Positions 23,237 through 35,484 of a stretch of 64,000 nt of DNA are shown in pieces (positions within the stretch are counted from its first letter, which is position 1; each line of letters begins with the position of its first letter). The stretch spans positions 1 through 64,000 of the forward strand of contig BAAIJX010000001.1 of assembly GCA_054600435.1 (NCBI GenBank), read 5' to 3'. The position numbers and the translations under genes are program-made. A model generated the notes under the pieces. That model saw nothing but the letters and a program-made list of their open reading frames with translations, searched no databases and was not told the DNA's origin. The DNA comes from Neophaeotheca triangularis (Eukaryota).

Positions 23237-23789
23237 TGTGAAGGGGCATCAACCTGTTTGCCACGAGGAGGGGAAGTCAACCATGGCTGGCTGCCAGAGA
23301 GCTATTGAGCAGCGTTGCTTGAATGGCGCTCTCACACAGAGTGAGAGGTACAAGCTGGCTGGCTAGTCGTGGCATTTCTTTTTCTCTTCTTCAATGTGCC
23401 TAGTAAGGCGAGAGTGTAATTCCAGCCGTACCTTCTTGAATCCTCCTTTTGCGCGAAAATCTCCGTTACTAGAAAGGGCGCTCACTATCTCTAACCCTCG
23501 TTCCACCGATCATGCACCTCAGTCCTGCCAACCTCCACTTCTCCCGTATTCATCCAAAGTTCCCTTGTGCTACGACGACTGGCCTTCACGTACATGTAGG
23601 TCTGGGTACTCAGTAGTCTATAGCAGGCCCCACCAACCCAAGGAAGGATCTTGGAAACCGCGGCTAGGGTGGAGGTCTCGGCCTCGCGAGCAATAGCAGA
23701 CTGTTTTTAGCTTTTTTTTTTTTTTTAATCTCATGTGGAGTCGAGGAGTAGAGTGGGATCGTTTTGGGTTGATTGGATGAGGCGTTTAG

Positions 23790-24037
23790 CTAGGTTAGGT
23801 AGGTAGGTAGGTAGGTAGGTAGGTAAGACAGGTAAGGTAAGGTAGGTAGGTAGGTAGGTAGGTAGGTAAGGTAGATATGTTGTACAGCCGAGTTACCCCC
23901 TTCCCCCTGAGTACCCGTACCTAGTAGGTCATTGGCAATGCCTAGGTTACTTAAGAAACATCCCTCTCTCTCTCTAACTCTCTCCACAACTCTCTCTCTA
24001 ACTCTCTCTATAACTCTCTCTCTAACTCTCTCTATAA
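23790..24037. repeat. (TAGG)n microsatellite followed by a CTCTCTAA-type minisatellite
   Basis: TAGGTAGGTAGG... at 23792-23872; CTCTCTCTAACTCTCTCTATAA units at 23964-24037. Confidence 0.9.
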
Positions 24038-24218
24038 CAAAAGACAGTCACGGAGACGTATAAAAACCAATCCCAGGCAAAAAAAATTCCCTACCTAACC
24101 AAAACTACCAACTAGTCCTAGGTTATTTATTCATTGATACCTATACAGAACATACTTCCACTCGGCACGAGCCCGGAACATCACGAGAAAACCCCGCTGC
24201 TGAACGTTGACTCACTCA

Positions 24219-24406
24219 CTAGGTAGGTAGGTAGGTAGCTAGGTAGGTTAGGTAGGTAGGTACAGTACAGTATCTAGCGTAAAGACACGACGTGGCGAGG
24301 AAGACGACCACGAACACGAACACTAACACTGTCAACGACCACGACAGCAAATGTTGTCGACGACGACGACGACGACGACGAAGATGAAGATGAAGATGAA
24401 GATGAA
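24219..24406. repeat. (TAGG)n, (GAC)n and (GAAGAT)n microsatellites
   Basis: Directly visible at about 24220-24262, 24359-24380 and 24380-24405. Confidence 0.9.
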
Positions 24407-24617
24407 CTTATCCAGTTGTACCGCTTTGAAAGTGCACGCACGCATAGGAAAGTGTGCACCGACTACCAGAAAACTCCCCAAAGCACGACAAAACAAAATT
24501 ACCCAACCCCGCCCCCCCTCGACTACAGCAACAACCCCACCCTCCCATTAATGCCAATTTCCGCCCCGACCCCTACTTCTTCTTCTTCACCTTCCCAGGC
24601 TTCCCTTTCTTCTCCTT

Positions 24618-26900
24618 CTAAGCCGCCTTCTTCGCCGCCTTCTTCGCCGCCTTCTTCGCCGCGGCATCCGCCTTCTTCTTCTCCGCCACAGCCTTGGCAG
24701 CAGCCTTCTTAGCAACCTCGTCCGCCTTCTTCTTCTCCGTCGCAGCCTTGGCATCAGCCTTCTTCTTTTCCGCCGCCGCCTTAGCCTCCGCCTTCTTCTT
24801 CTCAGCCGCAGCCTTAGCCTCCGCCTTCTTCCTCTCCGCCGCCGCCTTAGCCTCAACCTTCTTCTTCTCCGCCTCCGCCTTCTTCTTCTCGGCATCCGCC
24901 CTCTTCTTCTCAGCCTCCGCCTTTTTCCTCTCAACTTCCCCCCTCTTCCTCGCAGCCTCCTGGGCTCTCTTCTCATCAGCCTTGGCTTTAGCCTCAGCCC
25001 TGGCAACCGCTTTCGCCTCGCCCTTCACCCTCGCTTCCTCCGCCCTCTTCTCCTTCTTCGCAGCCTCGGCTTTCTTAGCCGCGCTCGCGGTTGCAGGGGT
25101 TGCGGGCTTTTTGCCGCCGCCAAGCACAGGCGTCGAGACCGAGGGCTTGGGGCCAGTTGAAGGTGGCGGGGATGAGGTTACCTGGAGCGTGGGCTGGGAG
25201 GTTGCTTTGGCGGGTGAGAGTGGGGGCGGCGTGGGGGAGCTGCTTTCTTCCGCGATGGTGGGTGGGGGTGCTACCGTGGAGATTAGGCTTGGGGGACGTT
25301 TGAGGGGAGTCGGGGGCGTGGGCTCGGGTTGCGAGGGAGGGACTGGTTTGGGTGGTTCGAGGAGTGGGGGTGGATTGCCGGCTGCTGGGGTCGGGGTTGG
25401 TGGTGGTTGTTGGGTGAGTGCTGCTGTTGCTGCTGCTGTGGTGTTGTCTTGCTTTGCCATTGCTGGAGGGCTTGGTTCGCTGGCTGCCTGATTAGGTGCA
25501 GGTGGTTGCTGTTCTGCGACTGCCTCTACTGTGACTGCCTCTGCTGCGATACTCTCTTCCTTGACTAATGCGGGCTCAGTCGACCGTTCCAAGGCCACCA
25601 TTGCCGCGACGGGCTCAACCACTTGGACCGGCTCGCCGATGGGACTTGTGAAAGTTCGAACGACTGGTGAAGGAGACAGCTCGGCCACTGCCGCCGGTTC
25701 CATAACTGGCGTGGGCTTGGTCTCCACGATCATTGGCACCATTTCGACCACGGTCGCTGGCTGTTTGACAATGGGAGCGGGTGTGTCTACTGGGACTTCA
25801 ACTGGTGTAGATGCCTCGCCGCCGGCTACTGGTTGCTCGACGATGGGAGCCGGTGGATCTACTAGAGGCTGAGCAGACACAGCCTCCACGACCACAGGCG
25901 CAGGCTCGTCGACAATCGGCGCGATCTCGCGAGTCTCAACGATCGCAGGTAAGGTTTCGATCACTGCGACCGGAACTTCAACGACAGGATCAGGAACAGG
26001 AACGGGAGTCTCGACGACCACTGGCGTAGGCTCTAGGATGTCTTTGTTAGAGTGACTGAAGAAACACGCATCTGCAGAATTGATAGGGGGTACATATACA
26101 AGAATGCCACAATCGGAAACAAGACCGCAATCAAGGTGTGATTTTAGACCAAGGGTGTAGGTGGTAGGAACAACTCCGTGCTTACCAGGCTCAGGCTCAG
26201 TGACAACAACCACGGGCGCGGCTTCGGGAACGACATCGGGAACGACTTCCACAACCGGGGCACTTTCCGACACGTCCTCAGCCTTGGGCTCCACCACCAG
26301 TAAGGAAGCTTCCACAACTGGTTTGGGGTCCTCTTCCTCTTCCTCGGGAGTCTCTGCTTCTTCGTCGTCGGTCTCGGCTTCGACTGGTTCTTCCTCCTCT
26401 GGGGCGGGGGCAGCTTCGGATTCGGGGGGTACAGGCTCGGGCGCCGGCTCCTCGAGGGTTGGTGGTGGATCTGGCGTTGGGTCCGGGGGAGGTGCGTCTG
26501 GGGCTGGTTCGGGAGGAGGCTCGGCGGCGGGTTCTGGTGGTGCGGATTCGGGTTCGGGCTCTGGGGATTGAGCTTCTACGACGGGTTCTGGTTCCGGTTC
26601 TGGGGGTGGTGGTTCTTGTACAGGCGGAGGATCGGGCTCTGGGGGTGCAGCTTCCTCAACTAGATCCGGTTCCGGTTCCGGGAGCGGGGGGTCTTCTACA
26701 GCTGGAGGGTCAGGCTCTGGCGCGGACTCGGGTTCTGGAGGCGGTGGCTCCTCATCAGCCGGAGGGTCAGGTTCTGGGGTAGGGTCAGGTTCGGGAGGCG
26801 GTAGTTCTTCAGCAGCCGGAGGGTCAGGCTCCGGTACCGGCTCAGGCTCAGGAGGCTGCTGGGGCTCTTCGATCTCAGGTGGTGGCGGGACATCATCCAT
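24618..26900 (-). CDS. Low-complexity protein: Pro-Glu repeats, Val/Glu/Pro-rich middle, Lys-Ala coiled-coil tail; probable intron 26033-26185
   Basis: 760-aa ORF with PEPEP repeats and AEKKKAEAKAA repeats. A GTAAGC..CTAAC..TAG segment interrupts the compositional pattern. Confidence 0.75.
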   Translation of the reverse strand: MDDVPPPPEIEEPQQPPEPEPVPEPDPPAAEELPPPEPDPTPEPDPPADEEPPPPEPESAPEPDPPAVEDPPLPEPEPDLVEEAAPPEPDPPPVQEPPPPEPEPEPVVEAQSPEPEPESAPPEPAAEPPPEPAPDAPPPDPTPDPPPTLEEPAPEPVPPESEAAPAPEEEEPVEAETDDEEAETPEEEEEDPKPVVEASLLVVEPKAEDVSESAPVVEVVPDVVPEAAPVVVVTEPEPGKHGVVPTTYTLGLKSHLDCGLVSDCGILVYVPPINSADACFFSHSNKDILEPTPVVVETPVPVPDPVVEVPVAVIETLPAIVETREIAPIVDEPAPVVVEAVSAQPLVDPPAPIVEQPVAGGEASTPVEVPVDTPAPIVKQPATVVEMVPMIVETKPTPVMEPAAVAELSPSPVVRTFTSPIGEPVQVVEPVAAMVALERSTEPALVKEESIAAEAVTVEAVAEQQPPAPNQAASEPSPPAMAKQDNTTAAATAALTQQPPPTPTPAAGNPPPLLEPPKPVPPSQPEPTPPTPLKRPPSLISTVAPPPTIAEESSSPTPPPLSPAKATSQPTLQVTSSPPPSTGPKPSVSTPVLGGGKKPATPATASAAKKAEAAKKEKRAEEARVKGEAKAVARAEAKAKADEKRAQEAARKRGEVERKKAEAEKKRADAEKKKAEAEKKKVEAKAAAERKKAEAKAAAEKKKAEAKAAAEKKKADAKAATEKKKADEVAKKAAAKAVAEKKKADAAAKKAAKKAAKKAA

Positions 26901-27646
26901 ACTGGTGGGATTGACCCGGGTGTCTGGGTGTCCCCGTTTGTTGCCTCTTGGTAAGGAAGGTAGGTGGAGTGGATGCTACTTAGGAATAAAAGATGTAGTT
27001 GCACTCCGGATGGGGCGACGATGCTGTGAGCATAGGACTGCCTACCCGTTGATACGGTTCGAGAGGGATGGAGGGAGTAGATGCAGGTCTTTTAGTGATG
27101 CGGTGTAGGTTGATGGACGATGGAGGAACTGGAAGTGCAGAGAAGATTGTCCATGGTGCAGGTGGTATTGCTCGTGACATTTCCGCGGCTATTGGCATTG
27201 CGCTCTGTGATGGAGGCAGTTGCTGGCCATTCGTTGTGGCAAGAGCTTCGGTACTCGTCTCTGTGGAAGTCGCTCTCGTTCCAGACTTGAATCAAGCCAG
27301 AGCGGTTATGCTTCGAACACATGTTACTGTTGTCGCAACTGTAGACGGCTTCTCAAACACTTATACTGTATCGCGTATAGATCAGTGCTCGAAGGATGGT
27401 AATCGAGTGAACGGTGAAGTTGAGCTTGCTTACCCTACCGTTGAACCTACAGTATGCATCGGCTAATCTACAGCTCCTTCTCGGCGAAACGCTTCGTCAA
27501 TTGCCCCCGAGTATAATTCCAAGATGCCCATACGCACCTTCGATAGAAAAAGTCCTTGGATTGCAGAATTCGGTTTTTAGACCTATCCAAAAAGCTCTGC
27601 CTTTTTTCCCGCACATTAGGACCCAACCACCCGTCATGGCAACCCA

Positions 27647-28399
27647 CTACCCCGGCCTAACAACCTGCATGCCCCCAAACCGGCCCTCCCTCTTATCGGG
27701 CTCCACACGATCCTCAACCCTCCCAACACCATCAACCCCATTCATAACCCTACCCCTAACCACCCCCTCCTTCTTCCCGGCCCAAGCCTCCTCAGCCCAA
27801 GTCAAGGGAGCAAGAACCACTGCACCAATGACACACATCAACGTAGCCCAATAATGCCACAGCGTGACAAAACCCCAACCGAGCCCCCACGGCGCGAAGA
27901 ATTTGAAAAACTGGTCGGTTTGGTAGAGGTCGTTTTGCGCTTGAATGTAGTATTTGTGGCTCGAGGGCGGGCGGACGAGCTGGAGTTCGGTGACTAGCGA
28001 GACGCGCTCGTGGTAGAAGGGGATGAACCAGAGAGAGAAGAGTTGGGTGATTTTGACGTAGCAGAGGAGCGTTGTTTCGTCAAAGGCTGCCGGGGAGGGG
28101 AGGACGTGGTTAGTAAGGGGATTTGTTTGAAATTGATAGAGGTGGCTTTATCTTTGGGATTGGGTTGGCGTACCGACTGAGTGGACTGTGAGGTCGATTT
28201 TGGGCGAGAGAATCTTGTACCAGCGGTAGATGGAATGGATGAGGTGTCTACTGCCTTCGAAGCTGCCGGTGCGGCAGAAGGGGTGGGTGAAAGAGGCGTT
28301 GGGCGTGAAGTAGGCGTCAATGGCGGCTGCTTGCTCGTTTGGGGGGTTTTGGGTAAGTTTGTGGATTACTCGGGATACATCTTGGATGGGATCGTCCAT
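27647..28399 (-). CDS. NTF2/SnoaL-like fold protein with C-terminal membrane segment; intron 28087-28173
   Basis: Spliced MDDPIQDV...YFTPNASFTHPFC...YRWYKILSPKIDLTVHSV|AFDETTLLLYV...YYIQAQNDLYQ, open to the stop at 27647. Confidence 0.75.
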
Positions 28400-28994
28400 T
28401 GTGTTGGAGACTGCGATGTAGGAGTATTTAACGCTACAATTGATGAGATACGGGCGGGTTTGAAAGAGAGGGGAGAGAGGGGAGAGAGAGAGAGAGGGAG
28501 AGAGAGAGTTGGGAGTGCCTAGTACTATAACTACTGTACCTACGGAGGTACCTAGTCCGGACGAGGTTGACGTCCTTCCCGTCCTTACAATGGCAGATGA
28601 GAAGCTAACGATAATACGATGATCATCATTGGATACTTTCACATGCATCAAAAAAGACTTTGTGTGACATCAACGTGCAGACAGGACAGGACGGGAATTG
28701 CAACATGTGAAATGCCCTGCCTGTGCGTAAGGGACAGTACAAGTACCTAGGTAGGTAGTATTACCTATTATTGCTTGCTTTCCTTTCGATATATGGAGCT
28801 TCAGATATGAGTGGAGATGGACGACGTGTGATGATGTTTCAATGCTACAACTAGTTTAGATACTCTTTCCTTTCCTTTCCTTTCCTTTCCTTCCCTACCC
28901 TTCCCTTTCCTTTCTCTCCTCCCTCCACCTCTTCATCCCCATCCCAACCCATCAATCATTTATTGCGCCGCAAAGGCAACAGAATCTCGCAAGC

Positions 28995-30622
28995 ATGGCC
29001 ACCTCCTCCTCCTCCCTCCACTCCCAGCTCACCCAACTCATCAACGCCCCCTTCCACTACCTCTACTTCCTACTCCAGAGCCTCATAACCTCCATCCTCG
29101 CCCCGAGCCCACCGCCACCCCAAGCCAATCTGCTGCGACCAAAAATCGCCATCATCGGCGCAGGCCTGACTGGCGTCTCCAGCGCCTCGCACTGCGTGGG
29201 CCATGGCTTCGACGTACAAATCTTCGAAGCCGGCTCGTCAGACAACTTGGGCGGAATCTGGAGTCGCGTCAACTCGACTTCGGGCCTGCAGATCCATTCC
29301 ATCATGTACCGTTTCCATCCCAGTCTCAAGTGGTCCGGCGGCTACCCGAAGCAGGGCGAGATTGTCAGTGCCATCAGGAAGCTGTGGCATCGGTACAATT
29401 TGGAGGACAAGACTACTTTTAATACCCGGGTTCAGAGGGTTTACAAAGACGACAAGGGGCGGTGGATCATCAACGATCCTTCGCATGGCCGTTTTGACGG
29501 TGTGATTGCCGCCGTAGGTACCACCGGCGACCCAAAGAGACCGCACATCCCTGGCCAAGAGAAGTTTAAAGGGCAAATCTTTCACTCGTCCGAACTCGAC
29601 GGCAAGAATGCAAAAGGCAAAAAAGTGCTGGTAGTCGGCGGCGGAGCTTCAGCAATCGAAGCGCTCGAGTTCGCCGTCGACCAAGAAGCAAAACATACCT
29701 CCGTACTGTCGCGCAGCGAGAAATGGATCATCCCTCGCAACCCATTCATAGATGTCCTGCTCGCATTAAACATCCTTGGCTCGGAGACCATCTTCAGCTG
29801 GATCCCGGAAAACCTACTCCGCCTCTTCTTCTACCGCGACCTAAAAGACATGTCCCCGCCCGCCAACTCCGGCAAAGGCCTCTTCACCGAAACACCCGTC
29901 GTCAACAACAACATTCTTGAGCAAGTGCGCGAGGGCAACGCCTCCTGGCTCCGCGGCGACATCCAGTCCTTCACAGAGACCGGTATCATCTTCAACCATC
30001 GCAGCCGCGGCGTCCCCAAAGGCGGTCCAGGCCGGGAAGAGCACATCCCAGGCGACATGTGCATCCTCGCAACGGGCTTCTCACGGCCTTCGCTCTCCTT
30101 CCTTCCCAACGAATGTTTCCAACCGGACTACGAGCCGCCAAACTGGTACTTGCAGACTTTCCCGCCAGGACATGTGGATGTTTGCGCCAACAATTGCACT
30201 TACGTCGACGCTATTGGCACTGTTGGACACTTGCACATAGGAATCTACACGCGCTTTCTGCTGCTCTTCCTCGTCGATCCCCTCGCCCGACCGAATGAGT
30301 ACTGGATGAAGAAGTGGATCGATATGACACGATTCATCAAGAGCCTGGCGCCGGGGGGTGCTTTTGAGTGTGAGCTTTCCTCCTCCCCTTTCTAATAAAT
30401 CACACATACCTGCTCAGACAAGAAACGGGCTGCTAACGTTTTCTGGACTTGCTAGTTTTCACTTACAGCGAGTTGACGTACTGGTTCGTTTTCTGTATCC
30501 TGATTAATCCGTTCCGGTGGAAGTGGGCCCCTTTCGTTCTCATGGGCATTGGTGCGTCGTTACCCAAAGCTGTTGTCGAGCAGGAGGACAAACTGCGGAA
30601 TGGATTGAAGAAGCGCAGCTGA
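28995..30622 (+). CDS. Flavin-containing monooxygenase (FMO-like); intron 30370-30455
   Basis: GAGLTG FAD motif, GGIW, FKGQIFHSS, GGGASA NADPH motif and ILATGF. The last exon is FFTYSELTYWF...KKRS*. Confidence 0.9.
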
Positions 30623-30749
30623 GATAGATGTTTTATACTCAAAATGCCGAGCGGGAAGAGCGTGAAGTATAGTCGAAGGATTTTGTTGGGGTTTCAGGGG
30701 TTTTACGGCTGCAATGTGCTATGAAGTTGAGGCAGATGTAAGAGATGAG

Positions 30750-32175
30750 ACTTCGATACGAGGGCGGTAGGTCCTCTGATGTATTTCCCGCTCACTTCCC
30801 TACCATCGATCCGAGGACGGTAGGTCGTCTTGAGGGATTTTCTGCTCACTTCACTAACCTCCTTGCTCAACCTGGCAACCAAGGGACTGGAGAAAGGGGC
30901 ACAAAATTCACACAACCAGACTTGGAAGCAACACAAGACCAAAACGCCAAAGCCCTTCCCCCTCTTCCCAATGAAATCGCGCACCCACGTGTCCACACCA
31001 TCCCCACCCTCCGCACCTACTCACCCGCCCAAACCACTTCACTCCGGTATGTCCTTCCTTCCCAGCCACCGACTCCACGCATCCCCTTCTCCACCGAACA
31101 TGTGCTGCTTCCCAGCGACTCCGAGAAACCAAGACCAAAACCCCAGCAAGAGCGACCGAAACCACTTCCGCGCGGCTTTTCGGCAAGGTAAGAAAGAAGG
31201 TGGTCTGTCAGACTTTAGAACTCTCGAGCCCCTCGTCTAGACTAGAATCGGCAGTGCTGCTGCGAGAACTAGGACTATTCGCGAGCGCGCTCGGGTGTAT
31301 CTCGAGACCGTGCCTTAAGGGACGAAAAGTTGGGGAGCCCGTTCAAAGCGACGATGTCGACGACGACGACGGCGATTCTTCGTCAGATTGAAGTCGTGAG
31401 GAGGTTGACATGGATCGGACGGAGGAATCTGAGGCTTTTGAGCAATCTGTCTTGCCTGCTTCGCCTGGCCCGGAGTTCATCGGCTTCTCGGAGCCTTTCA
31501 AGCGTATGATGTTTGAGGCTCTTGCGCGGAACTACCCGGTAGAATGGCTTGAGCTGTTACGGGTACACGACATTGGCATAGAGACAGTTTGGCCGACGTT
31601 TTTTCGCTCGCTGTGTGCTCCTGTTCAAGCATCCAGTATCGGGCATTTTCGTGTCGCATACGAGGTTCAACTGCTTGCAACGTCTACAGTCGTGGGTGAA
31701 GTTTTTCGCGCGCGCCGTCGTCGTAATAGTTTCAGCGGCTGCGGCCGTATCCTCGTCTCTGCCCACTGGTCCGCTGGCCACCGCGCGACTGTCCAAGGTA
31801 TCAAGAAAGGAGTCCACCTTCTGAACTTTGCGTTGCTGGATCTTGCCGATCCGCTGTGCAGCTCCGGTGTGGTTATCCGCCTGCCGCCCTCCTCCGGTGC
31901 GAGAGTTCTACGTCTTTTGCTCCTGCGCCACTTGCTGGACCTGGTCATCACGAAGCTCCACGGCTCGCTGCTTTCCTCTGGTACCGGTTCGCTCACTCTC
32001 GGTCTTCCGCGGTGCGCCGAATCCGGGATGAGTGTGAGGACTCTTCCATAGTTAGCTGCTCACCATTGGCACGGGCTGTGTTGCTGCTGGTATCCGAGGC
32101 TCCTGGCTGCTTTTGCGCGACGTCGGCTCGATGCTTGATATCCCAAACATATCCAGCGAACGATTTCATTTCCAA
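30750..32175 (-). pseudogene. Probable decayed gene containing a degenerate Zn(II)2Cys6-like motif
   Basis: Chain of short same-strand ORFs broken by stops and frameshifts; CRRCKQLNLVCDTKMPDTGCLNRS...PNCLY at ~31580-31690 lacks the fifth Cys. Confidence 0.4.
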
Positions 32176-32792
32176 CCGTTCATCGTAGTTGGGAAGATAC
32201 CCAAGCTGTAGCGGTGAGCCTCCAAGAAGGTCTTGACTTCTTTGCTAGTAGGAATGTGGTCGTGGCTCCAATTACGTCGACACAACTGGCTCGCCTTTTT
32301 TTTTTCCCTTGAAGAGCCTTGTCTTCTTGACTTTGAAGTCTGCATTTTGATCTATGGTCGTGAGGCGATGCTTTGGTGAATACGACTGATGCTTTGCGTC
32401 GTTCCGTAAGCATTGAGATGGGGTTTAACTTCTAATGGGGGAAAGGAAAGACGTACGATTAAGCAAGCTTGGGAGGAATGGGACCGTTTATTTTTATTTT
32501 TATTTTGAAGCTATTGTTTCTTCGTTGTAATGGTCATGTGCGCTGCCTGTTTTTGGTATTCGAAGGATGAGGCAGCGCGAACGACTAGCGAGTACTGCCC
32601 TCGGCAGGGAGGTACCACCTTTTCCGGATAGCTTGATAATGCACGCATACGCCTCTTGCGTAGTACATAACTTCTAGGCAGAGAAACTGGGATAGACACA
32701 ACAAGACAAATAATACAAAACCCAGCACCCCGCCTACCAAACGAACACCGCAGCCCATCCAAACTCCCAAAGAACAAAGTACACCAACCCCT

Positions 32793-34671
32793 TCATCTTC
32801 TTCCCCCAGTCAACCCTCTCCTCTCCTCCTCGTCCCCGCTCTCCTCGTCGCTCAACCGGTCCTCACCAACAGCAAACAGCGTCTCGCCCTCCAGAGACTC
32901 TCTAGGCAGCGCGGCCGGTTTAGTGGGAACGGGGGCGGGCAGGGGTGAAGCGTCGCGTGCGCTGTTGCTGCCGGTCGCGGGAGAGTAGCCTGGGGGCGGA
33001 GAAGTCGAAAGGTCGCCTGTATTGCTGTCGAATTTGGATATGGAGGGTTGTTGTTGTTGGGGGGTTTTGGAAGGGTTGGATTCGACGTCATCGGGCTCAA
33101 AGTCGAGAGAGTCACGCATGCTGGCTATTTCGAAGCCGTCATCGTCTTGGGCGATCTATTGGAAGATGGGGGGTTAGTTTGTCTTGGGGTTTTCATGGTG
33201 GGGTGTGTGAGTGGGTGTGCGCTTACCTCGTCAGACATGGCGAATCGTCTGTTGTTGGCCGTTGGTCGCCAGACCCAGGCCACGAAGGCTACGTCGAAGA
33301 GGTAGACGAGGTTGAGCCAACCGTCGAGGATGAACCAGCGCGTGGGCCAATGTTTAGGGACAAAGTCTTCGTTGCTTTGGCCCGCAAACGTCCAGCTGTT
33401 GACGAAGAAGAAGGCGAAGATGACGGCGATGCTGCCGAGGATGCACCACCAGAGTTTGCGGTACATGGACGCTTTGATGGTTTGTCTGCGTGTCATGAGG
33501 TCTTTCATCGTCACGTTGAGCGAGTTGAGGGTCCAGACGTAGAAAGCTGTGAGGGTGCCGGCGAGAGGAAGGACGACCAGAAGGACGAGGGGGCCGGCGT
33601 TTTCTGGGGTGACCGAGAGCGAGGCCACGGCGTAGATGACGCCAAAGACAAAATGCGTGATTGCTAGCCACCGGACCCAGATCATCGTTTTGCCCAAGGA
33701 AGGTTTGACCACGCCATAGCCCATGCAGACGATCAAGAGTAGGAAGAAGCTGAAGCTGTTCCTTGCCGCGCTCAAAATTGAGACAACTACCAGCAGAGCT
33801 TTAGCGCCACCGTTTAGACCGTGTCGGTTTTGGAAGTCGTAGAAGAGCCATGTCATGAACATCTCCAGCACTAGGAATACCACAATGGCCGTGATATAGT
33901 TTTGCACAGGTAAGATGTCGTGGCGGTTCATGTAGTAGAAGAAAGCCCAGGCAAGGGCCATAAACGCGTATACAAGAGTCATGGCGGCGTAAAATGGAAG
34001 CTTTGCAATTTGTGCGGCAGGCAGCTCGCCGAATGCATTGCGGAATTCGACCACGGCCCGATATTTTTGATCATCGTTCGAGAAGGGATAGGTGATGACG
34101 CAGTAGTAGCCTGTTGTCATGATCGGATAATTGATTGGCGGAGGGTCATTCAGGTGGATAGCTTGATTTACGATTCTAGACCGGGATGTCTCTGTAGCGT
34201 TGTCTGACAGGATGAAGGCTCCAAGATCTTCTTCTGGGCAATAGTTGGCTTCGACGCTGGCTTGGTCGCAGATGTTGAGAATCTGCCACCTTTTAGCTTT
34301 TCGTGATCATTCGAAAGTAGCGTGTAATATACCTACCTCTTCTGGATCATCCTCGGGTACAGCCTTGCCAATGAGTGGCCTGTCCTGCCACTCAAACACC
34401 ACCAAGCTTACGATCGGATCGCCCTCGAGATTCTTTGGCGGTATAAATTTGGTGAGAATGAAGGGATCAACAGCGCCTCCCCACGACTTCTTCGAGTACA
34501 TGCCCGAGCATACTTGGGTATCTTTTTGATCCTTGAGCCGCCAGCTGTCAGCACACAGCGCAGAAGCCAGAATCCTCGCAGTATCAAGCTTACAATCTCA
34601 GTTTCAACCGCGCCTACATTTGCGACTAGCTGCAGGAGAAGTATTCCCGCAAGCCGCAACCATCCTCGCAT
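32793..34671 (-). CDS. PTM1: PTM1/TMEM87/GPR107 (lung seven-TM receptor) family membrane protein, about 4 exons
   Basis: Signal peptide MRGWLRLAGILLLQLVANVGA; CSGMYSKKSWGG, TGYYCV, FRNAFGEL, LLIVCMGYGVVKP and WRPTANNRRFAMSDE motifs; GTAAGC/GTAGGT introns. Confidence 0.88.
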
Positions 34672-35484
34672 ATTGTGTTGTCTTCCCAAAGCTGTTTTAG
34701 ATGTTGCAACCCGAACTGCGCGTACAAAGCTCGACTCTTTAAGCACCCCTGGCCCTGGCAAGGAGCGAAAGTCGACAAGAGTGACACAATGGGCTTGGCG
34801 ATAGACGTGGTCGTAGAGTTTTTCTTCTTGTCCAAGTAGTATAGTATGGTATGGCTCCGTCTTAAGATCCAGGTCAGTCAATAGCGTAGTAGCAGTTGAT
34901 GGTTTGCGCTCAGAGCCTCCAACCAAGCCTTTGAAGTTCGCGTACGTGCGCCGAGCTCCTTCCGCAAAACCGCGACGAGAGGTTGATCTAAGGTTTCGAG
35001 CTAGCCAACGGTGAGTGGCTGAGGGCTGTGGCACCTGGTGCACCGCCACAGTCAATGACGATACAAGCAAGCACCCTCCGTGGGCACTTTCCATTTGCTG
35101 CTGGGCATGTGCACGCCAAACAAGTTTCTGGTCAACAAAATCAAAACTCCAGCATACAAATACCCTTGTCGCCGTCGTCTCACTCTCGTGCGACTCTGAC
35201 CCTCGACGCTATCCTTAGCAGAAACTGTAGCGAGGCAAGCGCCGCAATTTTTCTATCTTGTGCCCGACTACCAGCAGCCGCCGCGTTTCAGGCCGCGACT
35301 CAGACACTCGTCGCATACCAGTCAATTCTCGCTTTGTTATTGTTGGTCACAAACCAGACAATACATACATAAGACCGCCTGGTCAAGCCTCCGCAGGCTG
35401 CCGGCGCTTGGAAACTACCTCTCCTCTTAACAACGACCCGGCCAAACACACCGCTCCAACCACACCCCTCCGACCTCCACAACC

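Noticed and set aside
23964..24037. Interstitial telomere repeat
   Set aside because: Units are CTCTCTAA-type, not CCCTAA, and are better explained as a CT microsatellite derivative.
24694..26571. Long plus-strand Ala/Phe- and Gly/Ser-rich ORFs
   Set aside because: Antisense shadows of the low-complexity minus-strand gene.
27068..27466. 132-aa plus-strand ORF
   Set aside because: No motif. The region more likely holds a spliced minus-strand 5' leader of the Pro-Glu gene.
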